Source: Candidatus Heimdallarchaeota archaeon (lineage in GTDB: Archaea; Asgardarchaeota; Heimdallarchaeia; Heimdallarchaeales; Heimdallarchaeaceae). Taken from it: a stretch of DNA of 64,000 bases. The stretch covers positions 280,976 through 344,975 of the forward strand of contig JAUVXV010000004.1 of NCBI GenBank assembly GCA_030603365.1, read 5' to 3'. This document shows positions 30,865 through 40,090 of this stretch, piece after piece (the first letter of the stretch is position 1; every line of letters begins with the position of its first letter). The notes under the pieces were generated by a model. That model made no database searches. It saw only the letters and a program-made list of their open reading frames with translations, and was not told where the DNA came from. Made by a program: the position numbers and the translations under genes.

Positions 30865-31557
30865 TTGAACAATCTAAAAACAGAGCGCCAGGCAATTTCT
30901 TCAAGTTTTGAAGAGATAGATATTACAAAAAGCTATCTGGAAGCCTTTGATTCTGTAATGGGTAATGGTCAAAACCATCTTTCACCTAATTTAAAAGAGA
31001 AAATATATCCAAATGGTGTTAAGAAAATAACATATAGTCCTCAAACTGAATCTATTTATTATTTTGCAACAGAGAAAACAACTGATGCGCCTGTAAAAAA
31101 TACTTGGGAACTTTTTGAAGATAGAGGGGCATTTGTAGAAAGTAGATTAATAGAGCAGCTTTCTGAAGTAGATGAAATAAAACAAGATTTCAAATTAATT
31201 AGTAAAGAGGAAGCTGAAATAGAAGAAATGAAAAATGGTGAATTAGTCGTTGCTGTAGTTGAACATTTGAATAATTATGGTGAAAAGGCATTCCGTTACC
31301 GTATAGATAAAGGAACCAAAGAGAAATGTATGATTTTTAAATTTCAACGAACATCAATGACTGAGGAAATTGTTGTTTTTGGATCAGATGGTCATTTAGT
31401 TTTGAACCGAGAAGAAGAAAATGATACTGTTCATCAAAGAGTAATGAAGTATATGAATAGAACTGTAATTAGTTGGTATTATGAAGGTTTATTGAGAATC
31501 AAACGATTAGAAACTAAACAGAAAAAATACATTCAGAAACTCTCTCGGTATTCCTAA
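30865..31557 (+). CDS. Hypothetical protein
   Basis: 230-aa ORF with GAGGT upstream of the TTG start. Confidence 0.7.
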   Translation: MNNLKTERQAISSSFEEIDITKSYLEAFDSVMGNGQNHLSPNLKEKIYPNGVKKITYSPQTESIYYFATEKTTDAPVKNTWELFEDRGAFVESRLIEQLSEVDEIKQDFKLISKEEAEIEEMKNGELVVAVVEHLNNYGEKAFRYRIDKGTKEKCMIFKFQRTSMTEEIVVFGSDGHLVLNREEENDTVHQRVMKYMNRTVISWYYEGLLRIKRLETKQKKYIQKLSRYS

Positions 31558-31692
31558 AATGTTGATTGTTTTTAAGTAATTTATAAATAATCAATATTCC
31601 CTACATATTTCTCCATATAATACCCTCTCTTAAAATCGATTGTGATTATTTTTCTCTAGGAAATCAATTCATAAAATAAAGAAGGTGATAAA

Positions 31693-31959
31693 ATGCTTTA
31701 TGATCTTAACTCAATTTATTGTTCAAGATGTAAAGAGTTTACATCTATTTTTGATGCAGTAAACTATGATTTTTCAGCTACTGAAATCATTTGCAGTAAC
31801 TGTGGCAAGATTCTTCTTATAATGAAAACCAAATATCAAACTGGTTCAGATTTGAATTTTAATTCAGATAAAATAGAAGGTCATATGCGAAAAGAGAATC
31901 AAAAAACTGCTAAACAAGCAAAAATTCAAAGAATCTTAACTGGAGTAAACACTGCCTAA
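31693..31959 (+). CDS. Small Zn-ribbon protein
   Basis: CSRC...CSNCG; AGGTGA SD-like site. Confidence 0.7.
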   Translation: MLYDLNSIYCSRCKEFTSIFDAVNYDFSATEIICSNCGKILLIMKTKYQTGSDLNFNSDKIEGHMRKENQKTAKQAKIQRILTGVNTA

Positions 31960-31975
31960 TTATCTCTAACGAGAT

Positions 31976-33247
31976 GTGCACACTAACCATACAGTTTTTC
32001 AATGTAATTCTATTTTGTCAAATGTGAATGCTAACGAAACCGAAATAGTTGTGGTTGGTGGAGGACCTGCTGGATTGATTTCAGCAAAAACGGCAGCTGC
32101 AAAAGGACGTAGCGTTATTTTATTTGATTCTAAAGATAAGATAGGTTTCCACGAACACTGTGCTGGTTTATTAAGTATTCAGGGATTAAAGGATCTAAAC
32201 CTAGAGAAGTTGCCTTCTGGTATTATCCAAAATAATTCAATTAAAGGTGCAATAATTTTTTCACCCTCAGGCAAGTCTATTACTGTTGAAAAAGAACAAC
32301 CAACTGCATATGTAGTTAATCGTGAGAAGTTTAATATCCATCTTTACAATTTAGCAACAGAAGTAGGTGTTAATACAGAGACTTCATCAAGAGTTCTTAA
32401 GGTAGAAAGAGAAAATAAATCCTTAATATTAAAACTTGGAAAGAAGAACGCATACAGGAAAGTTGTTAGCCGAATTGCTATTCTTGCTGAAGGAAGATTT
32501 CCTCAGATCAATAAACAAATTGGTCTTCCTATACCATCTAGAAACAGCATCGTTTTTTCATCAATGTATATGATGAAAAATCTGAAAGACATCAATCCTA
32601 ATTTTGTTGAAATATATCAAGATCAAAGGTTTGCTCCTGGATTCTTTACTTGGATAATCCCTACAAGTGATACGACAGCTAAAGTTGGTCTTGCATCCAC
32701 AAATGTACCTGCTAGGAATTTTCTGAACCTTTTTATCCAAAAACATCCAATCGCACGAAAAAAACTTGAGAATGCGGTAATTGAAAAACGAACTAACGGT
32801 GCTATTCCTCTTGGTTCTTTTATTCGAAAGACTTTTACAGACAATATTATGGTAGTTGGTGATGCTGCAGGTCAAACAAAACCAACAACAGGCGGCGGTG
32901 TTATTTTTGGAGGAGTTGCAGCACAGTTTGCCGGACAAATAGCTAGTGACGCTATTATACAGGAACGATATGATGCTCGATTTTTATCTCAGTACTCTAA
33001 ATTATGGAAAAGAAAATTCAGTTCTAATTTGACGATTATGCGACTTGTGCGTAATTATTTGAATAGCCTTAATGAAAAAGAGATAAACAGATTGTTACTA
33101 ATATTAAACAACCCCAAAGTGAAACATAAAATTTCTGAGAAAGGAGATGTAGATAACCAAAAAAAGATTGTTATGAATTTACTAACAGAAATGCGTTTAT
33201 GGCCTTTTATTATTAAAACAGGTTTCAAATTCTTATTAAATTTGTAA
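31976..33247 (+). CDS. Geranylgeranyl reductase-family FAD oxidoreductase
   Basis: VVGGGPAG, HCAG, PGFFTWIIP, VGDAAGQTKPTTGGG. True start probably a little downstream. Confidence 0.9.
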   Translation: MHTNHTVFQCNSILSNVNANETEIVVVGGGPAGLISAKTAAAKGRSVILFDSKDKIGFHEHCAGLLSIQGLKDLNLEKLPSGIIQNNSIKGAIIFSPSGKSITVEKEQPTAYVVNREKFNIHLYNLATEVGVNTETSSRVLKVERENKSLILKLGKKNAYRKVVSRIAILAEGRFPQINKQIGLPIPSRNSIVFSSMYMMKNLKDINPNFVEIYQDQRFAPGFFTWIIPTSDTTAKVGLASTNVPARNFLNLFIQKHPIARKKLENAVIEKRTNGAIPLGSFIRKTFTDNIMVVGDAAGQTKPTTGGGVIFGGVAAQFAGQIASDAIIQERYDARFLSQYSKLWKRKFSSNLTIMRLVRNYLNSLNEKEINRLLLILNNPKVKHKISEKGDVDNQKKIVMNLLTEMRLWPFIIKTGFKFLLNL

Positions 33248-33276
33248 AAAAAAAGATTTGTAGTATTGTTTTGTAT

Positions 33277-33741
33277 TTAATACCTTGTTCTTAAAGCAGA
33301 AAGTTTTAACTTGACTTTAATTGAATTTTGAGTTATCACTTTATAATCAGAAGATCCTAAAGGAACTGATAATTCATGATCTATTATGATATCATCATTC
33401 TTTCCTGGATCTCTCTCAAAAACATGGAAGGGTACTTGAACCGCTCCTCCCTTAGGCGCATCCCTAAATTCAGTATAGAGAGTTAATCCATTAAGTGGTT
33501 GATAAATCTCATTTTTCTCAAGATTCATAGTTCCTCTATTGGGGATTCTTGTACTATAATTTGGTCTTTTTCCAACTCTAAAGTATAATTCAGATTCATT
33601 TCCAAATAAATCTCGATCTTCTAAAACTTTTATCGAAATGAGTTCTACTTTTACCTGAAATCTGTCTTTGAATTCCTTAGTATCCCTTTGCCCTCTTGCA
33701 TATGTGTCCTTATAGACTTTTTTTACTACTCGTCGTCCCAT
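33277..33741 (-). CDS. Standalone C2-domain-like protein
   Basis: VELISIKVLEDRDLFGNESELYFRV and VFERDPGKNDDII resemble the acidic Ca2+-binding loops of C2 domains. Confidence 0.55.
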   Translation of the reverse strand: MGRRVVKKVYKDTYARGQRDTKEFKDRFQVKVELISIKVLEDRDLFGNESELYFRVGKRPNYSTRIPNRGTMNLEKNEIYQPLNGLTLYTEFRDAPKGGAVQVPFHVFERDPGKNDDIIIDHELSVPLGSSDYKVITQNSIKVKLKLSALRTRY

Positions 33742-33792
33742 GATACACCACTTTAAAGATATTTGGGAGTTTGAGCTTAAAACCTTTTTTCA

Positions 33793-34947
33793 TCAACCAT
33801 TTTTTAAGAACTCTACTAAACAGAAGTTTCCTCTACGTGTTGCTGGGATTCTTTCTCCAACATTGAATTCCATTTCAGGTAGTAAAATCTGTAACATTCC
33901 TCCCCAGAGATATATTATGAAGTCACATAAATCGCGTTTTCCCTCAACACACTTTTCTCCGGGTGCGTATGTACAATATCCTCTTGCTGGAAATTCCACA
34001 TATGCTACTCTTCTCGAAACACTAGAAGTTAGGTCTGGTGGGAGATAGTTCTTTAAATCTTCTGAAGTTTTTTCTAGGAGTGCTTTTGTTACATATTGAC
34101 CTATCATAGATGAAATTTCTTTCATATTTTGTTCTGAATCTCTGATATTAATTAGCAGAAATTCTATCAAAAAGAGTACATGAGTGTCATTAAATTCACT
34201 TTTTGCCTTTTTAACACTCGCATCCTCAATGTCGCTGAAGAATGTACTTGTTATCTCTCCTAGAACCTTATGAAAAATCGGTAAAATCATAGTTGTGGGA
34301 AATTCTTTCAATATTGGAGAGAAAACTATTTCCAAATCAAGCTCTATACTAGCTTTGATCTCTTCCTCCTCTGATGATAAACTTGGTTGAGCTGTTGAGG
34401 TTCGACTTGATTGAATTGTTTGAGTTTGATTTGCTGTAATAGTTGGTAGAACCTCACTTGTTATTATATTACTAGAGGGAATACCTTGATCCATTTTTTG
34501 AACAATTATTTGTAATTGTTGAGATTCAAATTGGCTAGGAATTTGTTCCACTCTAACGTCTGAATCGAATAGGAAATAACCAAGGGCTTTCATCATTCCT
34601 GAAACAATCAGTAAATAAGGAGCTGAACCAGCGCTGGAGGATATAAAACGGTTTGCTCCTAATTGTATAATCGCATTATCTTCCTTCATTTTAATATTAA
34701 TGTTCTTCCAACCTAAAGACTCAACGAGTAAGTCAAATTGCTCTTCGATAGAAAGGTCTCTGTGAGGAGTAAAGTAAGTGTGAAAAACGTCTGCAATAGC
34801 AGATACCATTACTTGTTCTGTTTCCTTATTAGTAATATCTAACGAGGCTATTATTTTCTCTAATGAATTCATTAGTATCTTTATGGTTTGAAGTGCTCTT
34901 AATTTGTCACTTCCTTTGTTTGTCCATGTTGGTGAAAATCCGCTCAT
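33793..34947 (-). CDS. Protein with two V4R/Bet3-like domains
   Basis: N-terminal LGW...SGMMKAL and C-terminal C...C....GGML...G..C.VEF blocks, separated by an S/T/Q-rich linker; ATG at 34947. Confidence 0.6.
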   Translation of the reverse strand: MSGFSPTWTNKGSDKLRALQTIKILMNSLEKIIASLDITNKETEQVMVSAIADVFHTYFTPHRDLSIEEQFDLLVESLGWKNINIKMKEDNAIIQLGANRFISSSAGSAPYLLIVSGMMKALGYFLFDSDVRVEQIPSQFESQQLQIIVQKMDQGIPSSNIITSEVLPTITANQTQTIQSSRTSTAQPSLSSEEEEIKASIELDLEIVFSPILKEFPTTMILPIFHKVLGEITSTFFSDIEDASVKKAKSEFNDTHVLFLIEFLLINIRDSEQNMKEISSMIGQYVTKALLEKTSEDLKNYLPPDLTSSVSRRVAYVEFPARGYCTYAPGEKCVEGKRDLCDFIIYLWGGMLQILLPEMEFNVGERIPATRRGNFCLVEFLKNG

Positions 34948-35181
34948 GTAAATCTTCCTGTAAATGATGAAAGAACTATAAATGCTCTTACTTAAGATGT
35001 TCAAATATCAAATATAACTTTTATGTTATTTTCGTTCAATAAGACTTCGAAATTTCATATTATTTAATTTCTATAAGTATCTTAGCTTGTTCGAATTCCT
35101 TTTTTACGAAATCCAGAAAATAGGTTAATTCAAAAAGCTTAAAACACCGACTATGACGTAACTGTATAGATATTCATTTAC

Positions 35182-35373
35182 GTGGTTATAATGAGTAAAA
35201 CGATAAACATGCCTCGATGCACAAGTTGCAATAAGGTTATCAGTCCTAGTGAAGACGGAAATACACGCTTTTCTTGTCCTAATTGCAATGATGTAATGAT
35301 CATTCGTTGTAAGAAATGTAGATTGTTTGGCAATGAATACGTGTGTCCTAAATGCAACTTTCATGGTCCTTAA
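35182..35373 (+). CDS. Small zinc-finger protein (DUF1610/HVO_2753-like)
   Basis: CTSC, FSCPNC, RCKKCR, YVCPKCNFHGP; conserved position before aEF1-beta. Confidence 0.9.
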   Translation: MVIMSKTINMPRCTSCNKVISPSEDGNTRFSCPNCNDVMIIRCKKCRLFGNEYVCPKCNFHGP

Positions 35374-35386
35374 GTGGGTGAAATAA

Positions 35387-35656
35387 TTGGGTGAAGTCTT
35401 ACTAGTATATGAAATAAGACCTGAATCTGCAGAAGTTACTCCAGATAAGTTAGAACAGCTATTAAGGAGTAATCTTCCTGAAGCAATTCAAATGCAAAAT
35501 GATCCTGAACACAAACCATTATTCTTCGGATTAATAGGGATAGTTGGCCAGTTTATTATTCCTGAAGTAGATGGAGCACAGGATCAATTGGAAGAATATT
35601 TTGAATCTATAGAAGAAATTTCTTCATTTCAAATGGATTTTGTAACAAGATTGTAG
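35387..35656 (+). CDS. ef1b: Translation elongation factor aEF-1beta
   Basis: MGEVLLVYEIRPES...PLFFGL...VTRL. Confidence 0.88.
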   Translation: MGEVLLVYEIRPESAEVTPDKLEQLLRSNLPEAIQMQNDPEHKPLFFGLIGIVGQFIIPEVDGAQDQLEEYFESIEEISSFQMDFVTRL

Positions 35657-35664
35657 TCTTCCCA

Positions 35665-37761
35665 CTACTTTAATTCTTCTTTTTCTATTTCTACTGATTT
35701 TTGCATAGTAATTTTAATTACAAATCCTTCTGTCCAATCGTTAATATCTATATCTTCGATTTTTAAGCTGTAAGAGTATTTTTTAGCGATTTCTTTAACA
35801 ATCATGAACCCGAGATGTTTTCTTAATGTTTCATCAAAAGGTGATTGTTCAATAGCTCTGTAGATTTCTTCTCTTAATTCAGGGGGAACGCCTTTTCTAT
35901 CAATTATACTAATTTCAAAAAATTCTTCTTCCTCTGTTTTTTCCATTCCAGTGATCTCAATAGTAACTTCCGTATCACTGGTTTTTTGTGCAAGGCTAAC
36001 CAGCACATAATAGAACATATCGTATAGATGAACTCCACCAAGTATTTTGATGATGCTTGGTATATTGACAGTAACATTGAATGTGGTCTCTGTAAATTCT
36101 TCTTTTGCTTTTTCTAAAACTCTTAATATTGTCATTTTAAGAGGAACAAAATGTAATTCATCTCCACTTGAAACATCTAAAACATTGGATAACAATCTTA
36201 TATCTTGAACTATTGAGGTTCCTCTCTTAACAAGAGTATTAACACGTTCTAAAACTCCATCTTCTTCTTTTGGAATGCTATCCTTCAATAATTCATAATA
36301 TCCCGATATTCCAAAAAAGATATTGTAAATATCGTGAGTAAGAACATTGAGATACATTCTTGAACGATTTGAATATTCCTCAGCAATTGATTGAAGTTTA
36401 GTTGCTTCAGATATATCAACCAGAGATAAAACAACACAGTATTCTCCAGTTAGATTATTTATTGTTGGGGACATTTGAACGAAGAAAGTTCTAGTATCAT
36501 AATTTCCTACTTGAAAGATTTCTATATCAAGCTTCATGGTATCTTTAGCAATATTGGCAATAACATCTCTAATTTTTTGTAGCATTAGCTTAGCTTTATC
36601 TACATCCAGACTAAATAATTGATCTAGTTTTATTCCACTAGTTTCATCATGACTTAAATTGAATGTTTTTTCTGCTTGTTTGTTAAGATAAATCATTTCG
36701 AATCTGCTGTTTACTAGCACTACAGGAAAAGATGAGAATTCAGAGGTTTGAGTGATTTGTTGTATATCATCAAGCAGTCTTTTTCTTTGAAGAGTCAAGA
36801 ATAACTGATTTGCCATTATTCTGAGGAAGTGGATATTAGATTCTGATAACTTCTCATGGGAACTTGAGATTACAAATAAAAATCCGAGCATCAAATTTGT
36901 TGAACCAATAGGAAGAATTAAACCATATTGAACATCAAAATTAGCAAAATTAATTTCCTCAATTTTGTTAGATGTGTTATAATACTGGAGACTTGAAACA
37001 TCAAGATTTGGAGAACTATAGTACTGAGTTATTTCTTCATTCAACCCTATATGTTGAATTAGTGAAACCTCATTAATATCCTTTATAAAAACCCCCATAT
37101 GTTCTATACCAGTTTCTGATTTGATTCGAGGTAAAATTCTATTGAGAATTAATTGAATTTCTGTTGTTTCAAGTGTTAAATTTGACATTTCTACAATCAA
37201 GTCAGTTTGATGTTGCTTTAATGTAGCAAGATATTCATCGACCCAAGAAGTTAATGTGTCGGAGATTAGAGATGTGGATTCTTTTATGATCTTTAGATAT
37301 CTTTCTTTATTATATTTGACAGTATCAGCAAATAGTAGAACATTTACAGCTCCTATATTACGAGCATTGGAAACTAAAGGAGAAATAATGATATCAACTA
37401 CTCCCATCTCATGGAAAACACGTTTATAGTCAAAATTGTCAGAGATTTGTTCCAGAGTTGCCCAAGTAAGCTCTGAACTACTAAATGCTTCAGCAAATGG
37501 ATCCTTACTATCATCAAAAAAGTCTATTTCTATTTCCAGATTATCAAATTTTGTTTGTTCATCAGTAACACAAAAAGGAACAAGACTTAGGTTTTCTGAA
37601 TTATAATAACTGATAATTATTATAGCTGGGTCTAAAGTGTTTTTCAATGACTTTGCAATCTTTAGAAGCATATTATTCCTCTTCCTACTATCTGCTATTT
37701 CGTTGTTTTTTAGTAGTAACAAGAATTCTTCTAAAGTATCTGATACAAGGTTATCTTCCAT
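35665..37761 (-). CDS. GAF-GAF-PAS-HisKA sensor histidine-kinase-like protein with degenerate ATPase domain
   Basis: PAS (IYLNKQAEKTF), H-box LTHDIYN; N and G boxes degenerate. Confidence 0.82.
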   Translation of the reverse strand: MEDNLVSDTLEEFLLLLKNNEIADSRKRNNMLLKIAKSLKNTLDPAIIIISYYNSENLSLVPFCVTDEQTKFDNLEIEIDFFDDSKDPFAEAFSSSELTWATLEQISDNFDYKRVFHEMGVVDIIISPLVSNARNIGAVNVLLFADTVKYNKERYLKIIKESTSLISDTLTSWVDEYLATLKQHQTDLIVEMSNLTLETTEIQLILNRILPRIKSETGIEHMGVFIKDINEVSLIQHIGLNEEITQYYSSPNLDVSSLQYYNTSNKIEEINFANFDVQYGLILPIGSTNLMLGFLFVISSSHEKLSESNIHFLRIMANQLFLTLQRKRLLDDIQQITQTSEFSSFPVVLVNSRFEMIYLNKQAEKTFNLSHDETSGIKLDQLFSLDVDKAKLMLQKIRDVIANIAKDTMKLDIEIFQVGNYDTRTFFVQMSPTINNLTGEYCVVLSLVDISEATKLQSIAEEYSNRSRMYLNVLTHDIYNIFFGISGYYELLKDSIPKEEDGVLERVNTLVKRGTSIVQDIRLLSNVLDVSSGDELHFVPLKMTILRVLEKAKEEFTETTFNVTVNIPSIIKILGGVHLYDMFYYVLVSLAQKTSDTEVTIEITGMEKTEEEEFFEISIIDRKGVPPELREEIYRAIEQSPFDETLRKHLGFMIVKEIAKKYSYSLKIEDIDINDWTEGFVIKITMQKSVEIEKEELK

Positions 37762-37984
37762 TTGTATCCCAGGTATAACATGTTGAATATATTGTATTAG
37801 ATGATGAGTTGTTGATTATATTCTATGAATTGGTAAAAAGGCTTACTTATATTCATTTTGTAAGATGTAATGCATATTGCTTTTGTATTATCATCTTAGG
37901 GGTATAGAAATGAATAACATTATTGTTGCTTCTTCTATTTTCAGATATAATAATCAATAAAAAGAGATTAACTATATATCATAA

Positions 37985-39001
37985 ATAGAGGAGATTAAGA
38001 CGACAAACAAAGCTGTTCAACTTGTAGCTGAAAATGCTTCAGATATTTATGGATTCTTCTTAGGAAATAAAGATGGGATAATCTACAAAGAGAGCATCTT
38101 TAAGGAAGAAAAGTGCCCCCTTGATATTCTAACTAATGTTGTCAAAGCAATCTGCTCTTTTGCTGAAGATACAAAGATTTCTGATTATGGGACAATTGAA
38201 TTATCAAAATCAAAAATTTCTTTTCGTAAAATCCAAGACATAACATATGTATTAAGTCATGGAATTGAAAAAAGGAAAGTAGCTAATAGAGTTCTTGGGT
38301 TCCTGGCTAATGAATTTGAAGATAGATCAAGAGCTAAATTCCATAGCTCAAATCCTGAACAAGTATTTTCAGGAGCCTCTGCAGTTTACAATCAAACTGT
38401 AGAAAGTTTATTTGAACCAATTTTTAAAGCACCTCAAAATAAATCCCCCGAGAAAACAAAAAGAAAACAGTATGCAAAGCTAGATTTTGATCTCGATTTT
38501 GTTGACATTCCTATAAGTTTTGATGATTTAATGTTAGATACAAAACAATCAGGACACAAAGAACAAGAAAAAGCTACAATTACAAAAAAAGAGGGAAAGA
38601 GTGAAGAACCTCTTACTAAGGATCAAATGCTCAGTGCCGTTTCTTTTAATATCCTTACTAGTATCTCAGGAATTGATCATTTAGTATTTGTAGAACACAA
38701 TCAAGAAGAAGCTCAGATCTTCTTTCAAAGTGGTCACTTAGAAGAGGATTTCATTCAAAAAACTTTGAAGATTTGCGACAAATATCTGGAAAATATAATT
38801 GAGATTATGAATGATGAAGACATAGAAAATTCAATAGAAATAACTGATAAGTATCAGATTATATTCGTTCCTCTCAATGAAAGCAATTTCATATACGCGG
38901 TTGCAACAAAGGAAGTAGATGCTGTCTTGATGGCACCTGTTTTTGAGCGACTAGCTACAAGAATCAAAAATGTTGTTCTAGATTATAAAGAAACAGAATA
39001 G
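37985..39001 (+). CDS. Tandem roadblock/longin-like domain protein; probable non-canonical (ATA 37985 or ATT 37994) start
   Basis: The frame of ORF 38531-39001 stays open for 182 more codons upstream, to TAA 37982, with no ATG/GTG/TTG. The extra part reads as a roadblock-like domain (IYGFFLGNKDGIIY...). Confidence 0.75.
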   Translation: MEEIKTTNKAVQLVAENASDIYGFFLGNKDGIIYKESIFKEEKCPLDILTNVVKAICSFAEDTKISDYGTIELSKSKISFRKIQDITYVLSHGIEKRKVANRVLGFLANEFEDRSRAKFHSSNPEQVFSGASAVYNQTVESLFEPIFKAPQNKSPEKTKRKQYAKLDFDLDFVDIPISFDDLMLDTKQSGHKEQEKATITKKEGKSEEPLTKDQMLSAVSFNILTSISGIDHLVFVEHNQEEAQIFFQSGHLEEDFIQKTLKICDKYLENIIEIMNDEDIENSIEITDKYQIIFVPLNESNFIYAVATKEVDAVLMAPVFERLATRIKNVVLDYKETE

Positions 39002-39025
39002 ATTACTAACAAAAATCAATCTCTT

Positions 39026-40090
39026 CTAATATTTGTTCAACATCTCAGAGTTAGATATTTTTTCACTGAACAGAAAACCCTTCCATTCAGTTTTGCAGGA
39101 GCACTTAATTTCTTCATCTAATATGTCACTGTCCTGAGTTACAGTAAATTCTTTTAGAATAGCGATAATGTCCTTATCACACGTACCACAGTTGTGTGCT
39201 CCTCTTTCGCTCCCTCCTGCAACAATATCACAGATTAATCTTAAATCTGGATATTGTTCTTTAATTTCCCTACATAAGTGCAATAAAGACCATAACCAAG
39301 GAGTTCTATACATTTGTTTTTCGAATAATTGTGAAAGAAATGTTCCCCTATGAATACTAATTGCATTAATTGATACTGTATCAACCCCCAATTCAACAAT
39401 TTTGGAAACACTTTCAAGAATATCTTGAATTGAATCATATTCAGAGAGAAATGGTGGTTTGAACAACAGATACGCTTTGATTTTCGCTCCTTTTTCTCTT
39501 GTTTTCTCTGCTGCCTTTACGAAATCATCCCAAAAGAATCCTTTATTTATAGAATTTTGAAGTATATCATCATTAGCACTTTCTAATCCAATGGCAATTT
39601 CAATTTTACTTATTTCTGTATTTTCTGCAATATTTTGTAAGACTGCATCAGTTACATATTCAGGTCTTGATTCTAGGACTATCTCTTTGATTTGGTCGTA
39701 TTTCGAAGATTCTTTCAGGATTTTTTTCTGGATTTCCAAAGGCAATTCTTTTTTATCCAAAAAACTCCCACTTGTAAATAGCTTCAAAGAATATTCCCAT
39801 TCACTCTCAATAGTATCTTCAAGAATCTTTTGAAATGATTCAAGCATTATATCAAAATCAGGTTGTTGTGGATTATCATAGATATAACCACAAATTGAAC
39901 ATCCCCCACTTTTTGAAAGAGCCCAAGAACATCCTCGAGTTGGAAGAATAAATACTAAAGCTTTTCCTGCACCTGAACGTAAGCGGTGATCTTCTACCCA
40001 ATGAACAATTCTTCTTGAATGTTCTCTATCCTTAAGAGAATTTTCTCTTATCTCTCTAATCATCGAGGAAAATGTAGGGTTAATTTTCAT
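39026..40090 (-). CDS. Archaeosine biosynthesis radical SAM protein RaSEA
   Basis: TRGCSWA...GGCSICGY, FTSGSFLD, ESRPEY, YLLFKPP, RGAHNCGTCD; adjacent to arcS. Confidence 0.92.
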   Translation of the reverse strand: MKINPTFSSMIREIRENSLKDREHSRRIVHWVEDHRLRSGAGKALVFILPTRGCSWALSKSGGCSICGYIYDNPQQPDFDIMLESFQKILEDTIESEWEYSLKLFTSGSFLDKKELPLEIQKKILKESSKYDQIKEIVLESRPEYVTDAVLQNIAENTEISKIEIAIGLESANDDILQNSINKGFFWDDFVKAAEKTREKGAKIKAYLLFKPPFLSEYDSIQDILESVSKIVELGVDTVSINAISIHRGTFLSQLFEKQMYRTPWLWSLLHLCREIKEQYPDLRLICDIVAGGSERGAHNCGTCDKDIIAILKEFTVTQDSDILDEEIKCSCKTEWKGFLFSEKISNSEMLNKY

